A stretch of DNA of 24,167 nt from Candidatus Heimdallarchaeota archaeon (GCA_019057375.1 DXJF01000020.1:1-24167), one strand, 5' to 3'; positions 9,322-18,500 are shown, counted from the stretch's first letter. Numbers and translations are program-made. The notes: generated by a model not told the origin, from the letters alone.

Positions 9322-11211
9322 ATGAATTCTTACAGTTATAAGGAAGCTATGGAAGAAATCGCTCTATTAGAGGAGACTCCCTCTATAACTGAGGGAGATT
9401 TCGCAGAACTGATGTATCGTAAATCATTCATTCTCACCCATTTGGGGTACTTTGATGATAGCATTTCCCATGCTCAGCACACACTTAATCTATTTGGTGA
9501 AACACTGATTTCTTTCACTCAGAAATTTGATCTCTACTTTGTAATTATTGAATCTCTTTGGAGGCTAGGTAAATTCGAAGAAAGTCTTCTAATGATAGAA
9601 AGAGTACAAAAATACGCAAAAAACGCAATAATTGGAGAAGAAACATCTGTTATGAAGGAAATTGAAACACAAATTCAGTTTCACAAAAGTTGTATTTATT
9701 GTTTCACTGATTTGAAAAGATCAGTTAAGTATGTCAACAAAAGCTTGAATCTTTCAGATGAGATTGACAATGAAGTTCTTTATGCAAGAAGCCTATTTCG
9801 TAAGGGAAAAATTCTAACATACCAGGGAAAATTGGATAATTCACATGAGATTCTTGACAAGAGTTTAGAAATCGGAAAAAAACTGAATGACCACAGTATA
9901 ATGGCAAACTCACTAGTTGCAATAGGAGAGATTCACAGGTTAAAGGGTGATTTTGCCCAAGCTTTGCAATTCTTCGATACTGCTCTAATACTTCATCAAG
10001 AAATAGATAATAATTATGGTATGGCCATTACTTACAACAATGTAGGAATAGTCTATTATAGTCAAGGAGATTATGATAATTCCTTTGAGAATTTTACAAA
10101 GAGTTTAGAAAGAGCTCTCGAAATAAATTTTAAATTTACCGTTGTAGAATCTCTCTTTTATCTTATTAATATTTTGTTAAGTAGAGATAATTTCTTTGAA
10201 GCAAAGGAGCATCTTGACATATCTAGAAACGCATCAAAAAATCAACAAGACACTATGATATGCTATTATACTCAATTGTCCGAAGCTGTATTTCATAAAA
10301 AAACAAATAGATTTACTAGCTTAGGTAAAGCCCAAGAAATTCTGGAATATATAATTGGGAAGAATCTTGTCTATCAAGAAATCAATATCCATGCGATGTT
10401 GAATCTTTGTGAAATTTTGCTCTATGAATTAAGGTTCACTAACAATCCTGAAATTCTGGAAGATCTAGAAGAAATATCAGATAAATTGCTTGAAATAGCG
10501 AAAGAACAGATTTCAAGATCTCTTCTAGCTGAAGTGTATTGGTTAAAAGGGAGGCTTGCATTGGTAGATGCTGATATTGACAAAGCAACAGGATTTTTGT
10601 CTCAAGCACAAATCATAGCTGAAGGTCAGAATTTAGAGAATTTGGCAAGAAAAATTTCAAGTGATCATGACGCAATATTAACCGAATATACTAGCTGGAA
10701 AAATATCATCGAAGAAAATGCAAGTCTTGCAGATAGAATAAAGGCTTCACAAGTTGATAAATTGATTCTAAATATGATAAATAGAGCTACCTTTGATTTA
10801 GAAGAAATAGAAAATGACACACCTGTTATGTTGATGATACTTGATGAAAATGGTATCCCCTTTTTCTCTTATCAATTTGGTGATGAAGATCAAGTTAACC
10901 AGATTCTCTTCTCAGGATTTTTGACTGCAATAAATAATATTATTCAAGAAGTGTTTTCCACAAAAGGTTCATTGAGAAGAATAGAGCATCAGAATTATTT
11001 ACTTGTTTTTAGACAAGTTGACAATGTTATTATCTGTTATGCTTTCAAAGGATCCTCTTATTCAGCAAATAAGAAAATAGAATCATTTAGAAGTAGGTTA
11101 ACATCATCTCCCATTTGGTTGGACTTTCCAGAAATGGTTAAAACAGGAAGATATATTGATGAAGAAAAAGCTAAAAGGCTTGAAAACTGGGCTGATGAAA
11201 TATTTACCTAA
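9322..11211 (+). CDS. TPR-repeat protein with C-terminal longin/roadblock-like domain
   Basis: TPR repeats such as 'ANSLVAIGEIHRLKGDFAQALQFF' and 'AITYNNVGIVYYSQGDYDNSFENF'; C-terminal 'LMILDENGIPFFSYQF...ILFSGFLTAINNIIQEVF...LRRIEHQNYLLVF'. This architecture is typical of Asgard proteins. Confidence 0.85.
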   Translation: MNSYSYKEAMEEIALLEETPSITEGDFAELMYRKSFILTHLGYFDDSISHAQHTLNLFGETLISFTQKFDLYFVIIESLWRLGKFEESLLMIERVQKYAKNAIIGEETSVMKEIETQIQFHKSCIYCFTDLKRSVKYVNKSLNLSDEIDNEVLYARSLFRKGKILTYQGKLDNSHEILDKSLEIGKKLNDHSIMANSLVAIGEIHRLKGDFAQALQFFDTALILHQEIDNNYGMAITYNNVGIVYYSQGDYDNSFENFTKSLERALEINFKFTVVESLFYLINILLSRDNFFEAKEHLDISRNASKNQQDTMICYYTQLSEAVFHKKTNRFTSLGKAQEILEYIIGKNLVYQEINIHAMLNLCEILLYELRFTNNPEILEDLEEISDKLLEIAKEQISRSLLAEVYWLKGRLALVDADIDKATGFLSQAQIIAEGQNLENLARKISSDHDAILTEYTSWKNIIEENASLADRIKASQVDKLILNMINRATFDLEEIENDTPVMLMILDENGIPFFSYQFGDEDQVNQILFSGFLTAINNIIQEVFSTKGSLRRIEHQNYLLVFRQVDNVIICYAFKGSSYSANKKIESFRSRLTSSPIWLDFPEMVKTGRYIDEEKAKRLENWADEIFT

Positions 11212-11248
11212 GAAAGATAAATAGAATCTTTTGAGTTAAATCCACTGA

Positions 11249-11837
11249 CTAATCTGGTGATGTTTCAGTTAAATCTGTCGTGGTTTCAGCTTCGTCTGTT
11301 TTTTGAATAGCTTGTTCCATAACTTCGATATCTACATTTGCGATATAATCACTTTGTAAATTGAAAGGAAGGTAGATTATGTCACCAAGAGAGTTCATTT
11401 CTGCGAATTTTCCAAATTCTGGAATGAAAATCGAATAAGGATCAAAGTATTCAGGTGATAATAATCATCCCATATCATATGATGCTTCTTCATTGTTAAG
11501 AGCTAAATAGATATTTGTAAGATATATTTCTATCTCAGAATTTAGTTTTGGTGTAAATGATAAGTAAAAACTTTCATGAAGCTCTTCCATTCTCCTTGCA
11601 AATTCCTCTTTAGTTATTTCTTTCTTAATTACTAAAATTAGATCACCTGTTAAGGAAAATGCAAAAGAATTCCTTGCTTCATAGAGGGATCCTTCAGAGA
11701 GGCTTAGAAGCTTATATGCATACTCTTCAAGTTTTGAAAATTCTTCTTTCCAGGAAGCTAGTGTTGTCATGAAAGTAACATATAAACCGTTAAGTTTAGG
11801 ATACCTCTTCATACCTTCTTTAGAAAAGAAGTAAGCA
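11249..11837 (-). pseudogene. 5'-truncated diverged copy of the 3' 589 bp of the 607-aa gene, with an internal TGA
   Basis: Colinear without indels with 15203-15791, about 87% aa identity by manual count. TGA at 11465-11467 replaces an Arg codon; the frame continues to TAG at 11249-11251. Confidence 0.9.
11827..11837 (+). repeat. 11-bp microhomology at the junction (AGAAGTAaGCA; AGAAGTATGCA at 5766-5776 and 15781-15791)
   Basis: Sequence left of the site matches the 607-aa gene and sequence right of it matches the methyltransferase gene. Confidence 0.85.
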
Positions 11838-12091
11838 AAGAAGTATATCGAGTAATCCCTCAAGAAGGAGAATTCTGGATATGGAATGCATCAATATCAA
11901 AGGAAAAAGGTGTTTTCCTAATTAAGATTAAGGTTGTTTTTCCTGATGAAACTGTTGTTAGAACTGGATATGGTGTTTCATCAAAAAAACAGACTGTAGG
12001 TACCACTATTAAGATTCCTGAAGATGTTGGATTCAAAGTAGAAATAATAGAAAACAAAAAGAATTGGTATTTCCTGAAAGCTAAGAAGTAA
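11828..12091 (+). pseudogene. 5'-truncated diverged copy of the 3' 264 bp of the methyltransferase gene
   Basis: EVSKEVYRVIPQEGEFWIWNASISKEKGVFLIKIKVVFPDETVVRTGYGVSSKKQ...NKKNWYFLKAKK*, colinear with 5767-6030, 62/87 aa identical; no start codon in frame. Confidence 0.9.
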
Positions 12092-12441
12092 AATGAAGCT
12101 TGAAAAACGAGACTGTTACTTTCTCTAAAAAAATTCCTTTTAATATTTATGCTCTAACTACAATTTTTTCTTCTAATCACCAGAAACTTTTCTAAATTTT
12201 TATCCAAAAGATTATGTTATCAATGGTAATTGAAAAGGAATAAATTGCCGCTTAGAACATAGACTCATAAAAGCAATTCACATCTTACAAAATACTACTG
12301 AAGAGTAATGATAGTATTATCAATTTCATTGACATTTACAGAATCTGGATATGGATAATAAGAACAATTTAAATCTTCTTTCTTTCTCGCTGATAAGTCT
12401 TCTTATTCTCTTTTTCCTGTCTTATCAAGATTTGATATTTT

Positions 12442-12924
12442 TTAACTCCTCAGTAGTTTACGGTTCTTCTTATTGAAAAACAACAATAAATTATATGGAA
12501 TAATCATAGCCAATAATTGAATAAATAAGTATAGATGCAAATGAATATAGATAGTACAACCCGATCCTACACCTAGATAAATCATAAAGACAAGGATATT
12601 AGCAGATGAATTTATTAAACGTGAAATAGCAACTGGATTTCTGATTCTGATAGTTTTTCTAGAAATAATAAAATAAATATTCACAGGAACAAAAGAAAAA
12701 ACGCTTAAAATAATAGAATAAGGTTTAACATAAGAAGCTGATGGAATTATCCAACAAGCCATACTACCGGGATGATCTCTGAAAACAAAAACATAGAAAA
12801 CTATTATTGCAATAAAGAGAAGAATTTCCATTCCTATAAAGAGAATTTTTGTTGTTTTATCACATACTTTGCAATTATCCACAAGATTTATCTTAGATTT
12901 TTTATTTAAAAGTTGTTTCTTCAT
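12442..12924 (-). CDS. Hypothetical 4-TM membrane protein (one module), N-terminal CxxC
   Basis: Four hydrophobic segments; MEI / ACW / RLIN / GSGC / IIP motif set shared with the two upstream genes. Confidence 0.75.
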   Translation of the reverse strand: MKKQLLNKKSKINLVDNCKVCDKTTKILFIGMEILLFIAIIVFYVFVFRDHPGSMACWIIPSASYVKPYSIILSVFSFVPVNIYFIISRKTIRIRNPVAISRLINSSANILVFMIYLGVGSGCTIYIHLHLYLFIQLLAMIIPYNLLLFFNKKNRKLLRS

Positions 12925-12960
12925 TTGAAGATTTTCCAGAAAATATAAAAATTCTTTATC

Positions 12961-13881
12961 TTATTTCCTTAATGAATTTCTTATGAAGTATATTATTAAG
13001 ATAATTAAGCATTTAAAAAGAAATAGCAGCAAAGGAATAGTTAAAACCCAATTGAATGATTTAATCAATATCCATGCTTCTTGACTGATTTTAATACAAT
13101 TTCCTGTTTGATAGGACATAAAATATTTTATTCCAAGCGATACAGTTACAATATTGATAGATCTTAACAATATCAAAGGAGATAAATCAAATATTCTTAG
13201 ATCTTTAGAAAATAATGGTTTTATAAAGCTAATAATAGAAATTAGTAAAACTAAGATAAAGAAGAAAACTGTTAATAATCTAACTCCGTAAAACTGTTCT
13301 AAACCACATCTATATACTGAAAAAGGATAGCTAAATGGGAGAGTATACGAATACAAAATTACACATATAACTAATAGCATTTCAAATACTATTAGTTTAA
13401 AAGAGGTTAAAAACTTAGATAAAATTTTCTTTAAGTTTTGAGGTTTGAATATTTTTAATTCTAATTTATGTTGTTTAAATCTTATAAATATTAAATAAAT
13501 GAAGGGAAATATCAAGCAACATGGTAGAGAGATAAAGGAATATATTGAAACCCATATACGATATGAAATACAAAATTTATCAAACCAATTGATTAAATAA
13601 AAAAGGCTTAGCAGACTTAAAACTAAATTAACAACTCGTTGGTTTAGAAAAACATTATTTTTTCTCCCATTGATTCTATCATAATAAAACAGAACAAAAC
13701 TGAAAATGGAGATAATATTAAGATAAATAATAAAAATAATGTCAAATGGAGAAATTCCTGTAGGTATCCAGAAAATGCACACTACAGGTGGTTTTCGCAA
13801 TATGAATTTTAAAAGAAAACCAAAGATTGAAACAGTTAAAAGCAATTCTAATACATTATATCTCCCTAGTATTCTCTTCAT
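12961..13881 (-). CDS. Hypothetical 8-TM membrane protein (two tandem 4-TM modules)
   Basis: Start reassigned to ATG 13881 (MKRILGRY), which overlaps the upstream TGA as ATGA. Each half has E, C, RxxN, C and P at equivalent positions. Confidence 0.75.
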   Translation of the reverse strand: MKRILGRYNVLELLLTVSIFGFLLKFILRKPPVVCIFWIPTGISPFDIIFIIYLNIISIFSFVLFYYDRINGRKNNVFLNQRVVNLVLSLLSLFYLINWFDKFCISYRIWVSIYSFISLPCCLIFPFIYLIFIRFKQHKLELKIFKPQNLKKILSKFLTSFKLIVFEMLLVICVILYSYTLPFSYPFSVYRCGLEQFYGVRLLTVFFFILVLLISIISFIKPLFSKDLRIFDLSPLILLRSINIVTVSLGIKYFMSYQTGNCIKISQEAWILIKSFNWVLTIPLLLFLFKCLIILIIYFIRNSLRK

Positions 13882-14318
13882 CCAGAAATCAACTTCCTTA
13901 TCTTTTGAAAAACGAAATGAAATACAAAAAGAAATGGTATACATATTACAATTACTAATGAAATCAGAAATTGATTTAGTCCTACATAAATGATACATCC
14001 TTTTCCATACCATACCAAATAAATAGTAACTACAATAATACTGGTTAAGATATTTACAAATCTATAAACAAAGTATCTGAAATCAATCAAATCTGTAAAT
14101 TTTCTATTGAATATATAAATTAGACAACTTGAAGTTGAAAAAAGTTCTACTAACATAACTATTGATAAAAAACCAGGAATTTGTATGACTGGACATATTG
14201 CTTCTCCAGGATATAAAATATAAAGCAAAATAAAAAGAATCACTAGAAATATGAACAAGATTCCCTCCAAGATAGTAAATAGCTCAAATCGTTGAACTTT
14301 TTTGTTTCTTACAATCAT
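13878..14318 (-). CDS. Hypothetical 4-TM membrane protein (one module)
   Basis: LEG / AICP / RFVN / GKGC / CIP; first gene of the three-gene array. Confidence 0.75.
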   Translation of the reverse strand: MIVRNKKVQRFELFTILEGILFIFLVILFILLYILYPGEAICPVIQIPGFLSIVMLVELFSTSSCLIYIFNRKFTDLIDFRYFVYRFVNILTSIIVVTIYLVWYGKGCIIYVGLNQFLISLVIVICIPFLFVFHFVFQKIRKLISG

Positions 14319-14622
14319 AAGCTAGAAACCTTCTAACATTTATGATTAGAAATAGTATCTATAAAATTTTATTGCTTATTTTTTATTTTTTTAAGTGATG
14401 ATCTTAGAATAGGTTTTTTAATTTCATTTTTTCCCTTCAATCCCTTGAAAATTATGTATATGAAAGGTGTTGTATAATTATAAATTAAAATCCAAATGCG
14501 ATAAGATATACAAAATTTATTTAACAACTGTTAATAATAGAAAAAAATTTAGAACTTATAAAACGAAATTTTCACCTGAATTTTTTGAATTGAAAAATGA
14601 AAAAAAGGAAGAAGAATCTTTG

Positions 14623-15064
14623 TTATTTCTTTGCTTTCTTAGTTTGTTTTTCTTCCTTCTTCTTAGCTTTGAGAGCTTTCTTCTCTTCCTTCAACTTTAA
14701 TAGCTCTTCGTCTGAATAGGTATCTACAAACATGATTAGTTCTACATCATAAATAATACCTCTAGAGTGAATAGGATCTTTATGATCAATAGATCTTCTT
14801 CCCACTATTCTGTTGATGTATGCAAAAGACAGCTACTGAAATCATTTTGAAGAATCCACGCCAATGAACTAATATGAAGAACAGGAATGCAAATGGTAAT
14901 TCCCAAGTTGAACTACCTAGGTCTCCCGTACCTAAAAATTCCTATGAATTAAAAAATCCATGGAATAAAGTCATACCAAAGATTGCTATACCTCTATAGA
15001 CATCTAAAGCTACTAGATGTTTTGGTAGGATTTTTGTTTTGTCAGAACTTTCGAGAGATGTCAT
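14623..15064 (-). pseudogene. Remnant of a DUF1624/HGSNAT-like membrane acyltransferase gene with in-frame TAG and a large internal deletion
   Basis: ATG 15064: MTSLESSDKTKILPKHLVALDVYRGIAIFGMTLFHGFFNS*EFLGTGDLGSSTWELPFAFLFFILVHWRGFFKMISVAV. The 'LDxxRGxAIxxM..H' signature is present. Near 14830 the sequence switches frame into a C-terminus-like tail (SFAYINRIVGRRSIDHKDPIHSRGIIYDVELIMF...KKAKK*), which is the 60-aa ORF of the track. Confidence 0.72.
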
Positions 15065-15202
15065 TTCAACTAACTAAAGTGAGATTTTTCTCATTTTAAG
15101 GTTATATAAGGATTTCACTAAAATACATCTTGCTGTTTGAAAAAGCAATATACTGATGTTAAGAAAGGGGTTTTTTAGAAAATGCGGAATCAGATTCACT
15201 GA

Positions 15203-17002
15203 TTAATCTGTTGATGTTTCAGGTAAATCTATGGTAGCTTCAGTTTCATCTGTTTTTTGAATAGCTGGTTCCATGACCTCGACATCTACATCTGCGATAT
15301 AATCACTCTGTAAATTGAAAGGAAGGTAGATTACATCTCCAACAGAATTCAATTCTGCGAATTTTCCAAATTCTGGAATGAAAATAGAATAAGGATCAAA
15401 GTATTGAGGTGATAATAACCGTCTCATATCGTATGATGCTTCTTCATTGTTGAGAGCTAAATAGATATTTGTAAGATATAATTCTATCTCAGAATTTAGT
15501 TTTGGTGTAAATGATAAGTAAAAACTTTCATGAAGTTCTTTCATTCTCCTTGCAAATTCCTCGTTAGTTATTTCTTTCTTAATTACTAAAATTAGATTAC
15601 CTGCTAAGGAAAATGCAAGAGAATTCCTTGGTTCATAGAGAGAGCCTTTAGAGAGGCTTAGAAGCTTATATGCATATTCTTCAAGTTTTGAAAATTCTTC
15701 TTTACGGGAAGCCAGAGTTGTCATGAAAATAATATAAAGGCCATTAAGTTTAGGATACCTCTTCATACCTTCTTTAGAAAAGAAGTATGCATATTCTCTT
15801 TCCATTCTATCTATATTAGAGAAATCATCTGTATAAACAGCAATAAGACCACCAAAATAGATGATTTCTTCAAGCATTCCAGCTATTCCATCCGCCATCT
15901 GACTTTTTATGAATTCCTCATTTTCCATTAGAGGTTTGTATTTATCCAAATATTTCCATAATTCAGGCATAACATCCTTTTCAATTTTCTGAATCTCTAT
16001 TGTGTTTTCTTTAGTTATTATATTATACACAGATTTTAAACCTTTTATGAAAGCTTTTGTAACTTCAAGCTCGTAGATTGTTTCGCTCACGTCATGATCT
16101 GTTAAAGGATTTTCATTTAAATTGAAGAAACCCTTATCGATATGGGCTTTTAGATCAGCGATATACCAATCACTTTTATTAAGAAGATTTTCCATAGAAC
16201 CTAATAATTTTTCAGGGTCAGAAAAGTCCAGAATCTCTCTATTTGCTTCTATTTTTATGTCCTTATTAAACAAATACCTTTGAAGTTCAAGCAAAAAAGT
16301 AATAATGTAATCAATTGCTGCAAAGGTTGCATAGTACATAGAATAATTCCGCTCTTTTGGGATTTTCTTTGCTAATTCGATATTTTTTCGAACGTTCCAG
16401 AAAACATCCATGTAGTGGATATATTGAGTGCTTGCTTTTAGCCCCTCTGTCATCCAATGTTCTAAATCATGTTTGTAAATTTGATTTAGAGAATCGCATA
16501 AACTGAAGAAGAAAAGATATGCTGAACTCAGGTAATTCAACACAAGTTTTCTTCTTCTGTGAAATTCATGATGATCCCAATCTACCACTAGATTCTTAAC
16601 ATCTAATGTTGTAATTCCAATTAACATATTTGCTAGAGCATGTGCTGAACCTGCTATCTGTAACTCCCCTGCATGACCATATTGTAAAGCATACATAGAG
16701 GCATACCTTAATCTGAATAATTCCAATTCGTACCATTGTATAGGTAACTTATCTTGTGGAAGATTGGTTAAGATTAAAGTAATTTTTTCTAAAACTTTCT
16801 CAAAGAATAATGAAGCTTCATCAGAATTCATGAGAATATCATCAGGAATCTCACCAAGAATATGTTTTAATTCATCAACTCGCTGTGAAACAAGAATCTT
16901 TACTCTAGTCTCCGAATAGGTACTCCAATTTACATTATTGACAATACTACCAATATCATCCATTAATTCGAGTACTTCTTTGGTATATTCTTTTCCAGGC
17001 AT
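15203..17002 (-). CDS. Hypothetical protein (about 600 aa, predicted largely helical, acidic low-complexity tail)
   Basis: Long open frame; the partial paralog shows many synonymous changes, supporting real coding. Start ATG 17002 or GTG 17026. No family recognised. Confidence 0.85.
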   Translation of the reverse strand: MPGKEYTKEVLELMDDIGSIVNNVNWSTYSETRVKILVSQRVDELKHILGEIPDDILMNSDEASLFFEKVLEKITLILTNLPQDKLPIQWYELELFRLRYASMYALQYGHAGELQIAGSAHALANMLIGITTLDVKNLVVDWDHHEFHRRRKLVLNYLSSAYLFFFSLCDSLNQIYKHDLEHWMTEGLKASTQYIHYMDVFWNVRKNIELAKKIPKERNYSMYYATFAAIDYIITFLLELQRYLFNKDIKIEANREILDFSDPEKLLGSMENLLNKSDWYIADLKAHIDKGFFNLNENPLTDHDVSETIYELEVTKAFIKGLKSVYNIITKENTIEIQKIEKDVMPELWKYLDKYKPLMENEEFIKSQMADGIAGMLEEIIYFGGLIAVYTDDFSNIDRMEREYAYFFSKEGMKRYPKLNGLYIIFMTTLASRKEEFSKLEEYAYKLLSLSKGSLYEPRNSLAFSLAGNLILVIKKEITNEEFARRMKELHESFYLSFTPKLNSEIELYLTNIYLALNNEEASYDMRRLLSPQYFDPYSIFIPEFGKFAELNSVGDVIYLPFNLQSDYIADVDVEVMEPAIQKTDETEATIDLPETSTD

Positions 17003-17131
17003 TTGCTTCCAACAGCTGTTTGGCACTTAGTTTCTAGCAAACCATTAGAAACTCTATTAAATATAGAATTTGCGCTGGTTTTTAAAATTACTCTTGAGGT
17101 AACCCCCCAAAAAAATTTTGAAAAAACTCAT

Positions 17132-17968
17132 TTATCTCTCAATGAAATAAAAGTGGCAAGACTTGTTTACTATCTTCCAACTATCCTCAATTTTAAGCAG
17201 AGTTAAGAAATCTGTTGTGTGTCCTGTTCCTTTAGGAGTAATGGCCTTCCAATACATAATAGCTATTGCTGCTGTTCCTCTCTGATCAATTTGCTTGATC
17301 TCTGTTTCAAAGGTTATACCTTCAGCTTTATGATTTTCTAGAACCTCTCTCCAGACTGCATACGGTCGGAACTGATTCTTAAATTGATGAGTTTCTTGAT
17401 CAACTGAATTCAATCTCATAGAGGGATGAAACGTTTGTTTGATTTTTTCCATATCCCAATCATAAAAAGCTTGAGCATAAGTCTCCAAGATATAGGTTAT
17501 CTCTTTTATTTCCTCAGAATCATTAGAGGAAATAGCGGCATCACCATTTATTCTCTTAATTAATTCTTCTTGTTTAAGAGGAATTGTGTGTCCAGATTTG
17601 TTGACAACCTTCCACTGAGAATCAAACTTCATTAATGTAAGATAATCAGTTGTATCTCTGTAATCTTGAGGGTCTTCTATAAGAAAACGAACTCTTGCAA
17701 AAGCTACAGTTCCGTATTGACTTATTCTTTCAATATTAACATAGTAATTGACTTCAGGTTTTTCTAATTGATTTCTAACAAAAGTTTCAACCCAACGATA
17801 ACAAAGACCATTATAGAATCTGTTACTTTCAGGTCTAAACCAATAAACCATTGAATCGGGATGAAATGCCCTAACTAATTTACTTATATCCCATTCATTG
17901 AAAGCTTCTTCATATAACTGAATTGTTTTTTCTATACTCTCAATTTCATGGGTTTCTCCTTTAAACAT
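17132..17968 (-). CDS. Tandem double NTF2-like (lumazine-binding_2/SnoaL-type) domain protein
   Basis: Two repeats ending 'TTDYLTLMKFDSQWKVVNKS' and 'TTDFLTLLKIEDSWKIVNKS'; SD aggagg precedes ATG 17968, so the start is reassigned from 18022. Confidence 0.82.
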   Translation of the reverse strand: MFKGETHEIESIEKTIQLYEEAFNEWDISKLVRAFHPDSMVYWFRPESNRFYNGLCYRWVETFVRNQLEKPEVNYYVNIERISQYGTVAFARVRFLIEDPQDYRDTTDYLTLMKFDSQWKVVNKSGHTIPLKQEELIKRINGDAAISSNDSEEIKEITYILETYAQAFYDWDMEKIKQTFHPSMRLNSVDQETHQFKNQFRPYAVWREVLENHKAEGITFETEIKQIDQRGTAAIAIMYWKAITPKGTGHTTDFLTLLKIEDSWKIVNKSCHFYFIER

Positions 17969-17987
17969 ATAATGCCTCCTTTTCATA

Positions 17988-18371
17988 TTACGCATCTTTA
18001 ACATCAAAAATCTTTGAAACAATTTTCCAATCTTTCTTAATCTTAATTAGAGAAACATAATCAACACAAGTTCTCTTCCTTTTTTCTCCTTCTACTAACC
18101 ATTTTAGTTTCACACAAGCTGCATGACCAAAGATATCCAAACTCTCAATTTCAGCTGTTTGTTTTATAGCTATCGAAGGTTTAGACGAAGGTCTAGATTG
18201 TAGCAGTGTAATTGTTATTAGAGAATCAGAACCTGAATCATAGTGGATTTTCAATCCTTGCGGGTGCCAAGAGTTTTCTGCTTTCTCAAAATCAAATTCT
18301 GTAACACCTTCCACGTAACTTTGGATAGTTAGCTTTATCTTCTCTGCTTCTTCTCTTTTATTATCTTCCAT
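17988..18371 (-). CDS. NTF2-like (lumazine-binding_2) protein
   Basis: 'IQSYVEGVTEFDFEKAENSWHPQG'...'DYVSLIKIKKDWKIVSKIF'; SD-like ggtg upstream. Confidence 0.85.
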   Translation of the reverse strand: MEDNKREEAEKIKLTIQSYVEGVTEFDFEKAENSWHPQGLKIHYDSGSDSLITITLLQSRPSSKPSIAIKQTAEIESLDIFGHAACVKLKWLVEGEKRKRTCVDYVSLIKIKKDWKIVSKIFDVKDA

Positions 18372-18500
18372 TCACACCACTTACAAAGCTTTGATACATC
18401 ATCTGTTGTAACGACAACATAGTAAACATTTTGGAAAACAAAGTATTCTTTACGGGTGTGCAACATCATGCACTTATATAGGTTACTAATATGTGTTTGA

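Noticed and set aside
11465-11467. TGA as selenocysteine
   Set aside because: The intact paralog has Arg at this position, not Cys, and the copy is 5'-truncated.
11827-11837. Site-specific recombination (att) site or prophage/IS boundary
   Set aside because: No integrase, transposase, inverted repeats or tRNA target; the 11-mer lies within ordinary coding sequence of both genes.
12092-12441. Possible decayed gene between the MTase fragment and the 4-TM array
   Set aside because: All six frames have several stops and no recognisable motif; cannot be supported.
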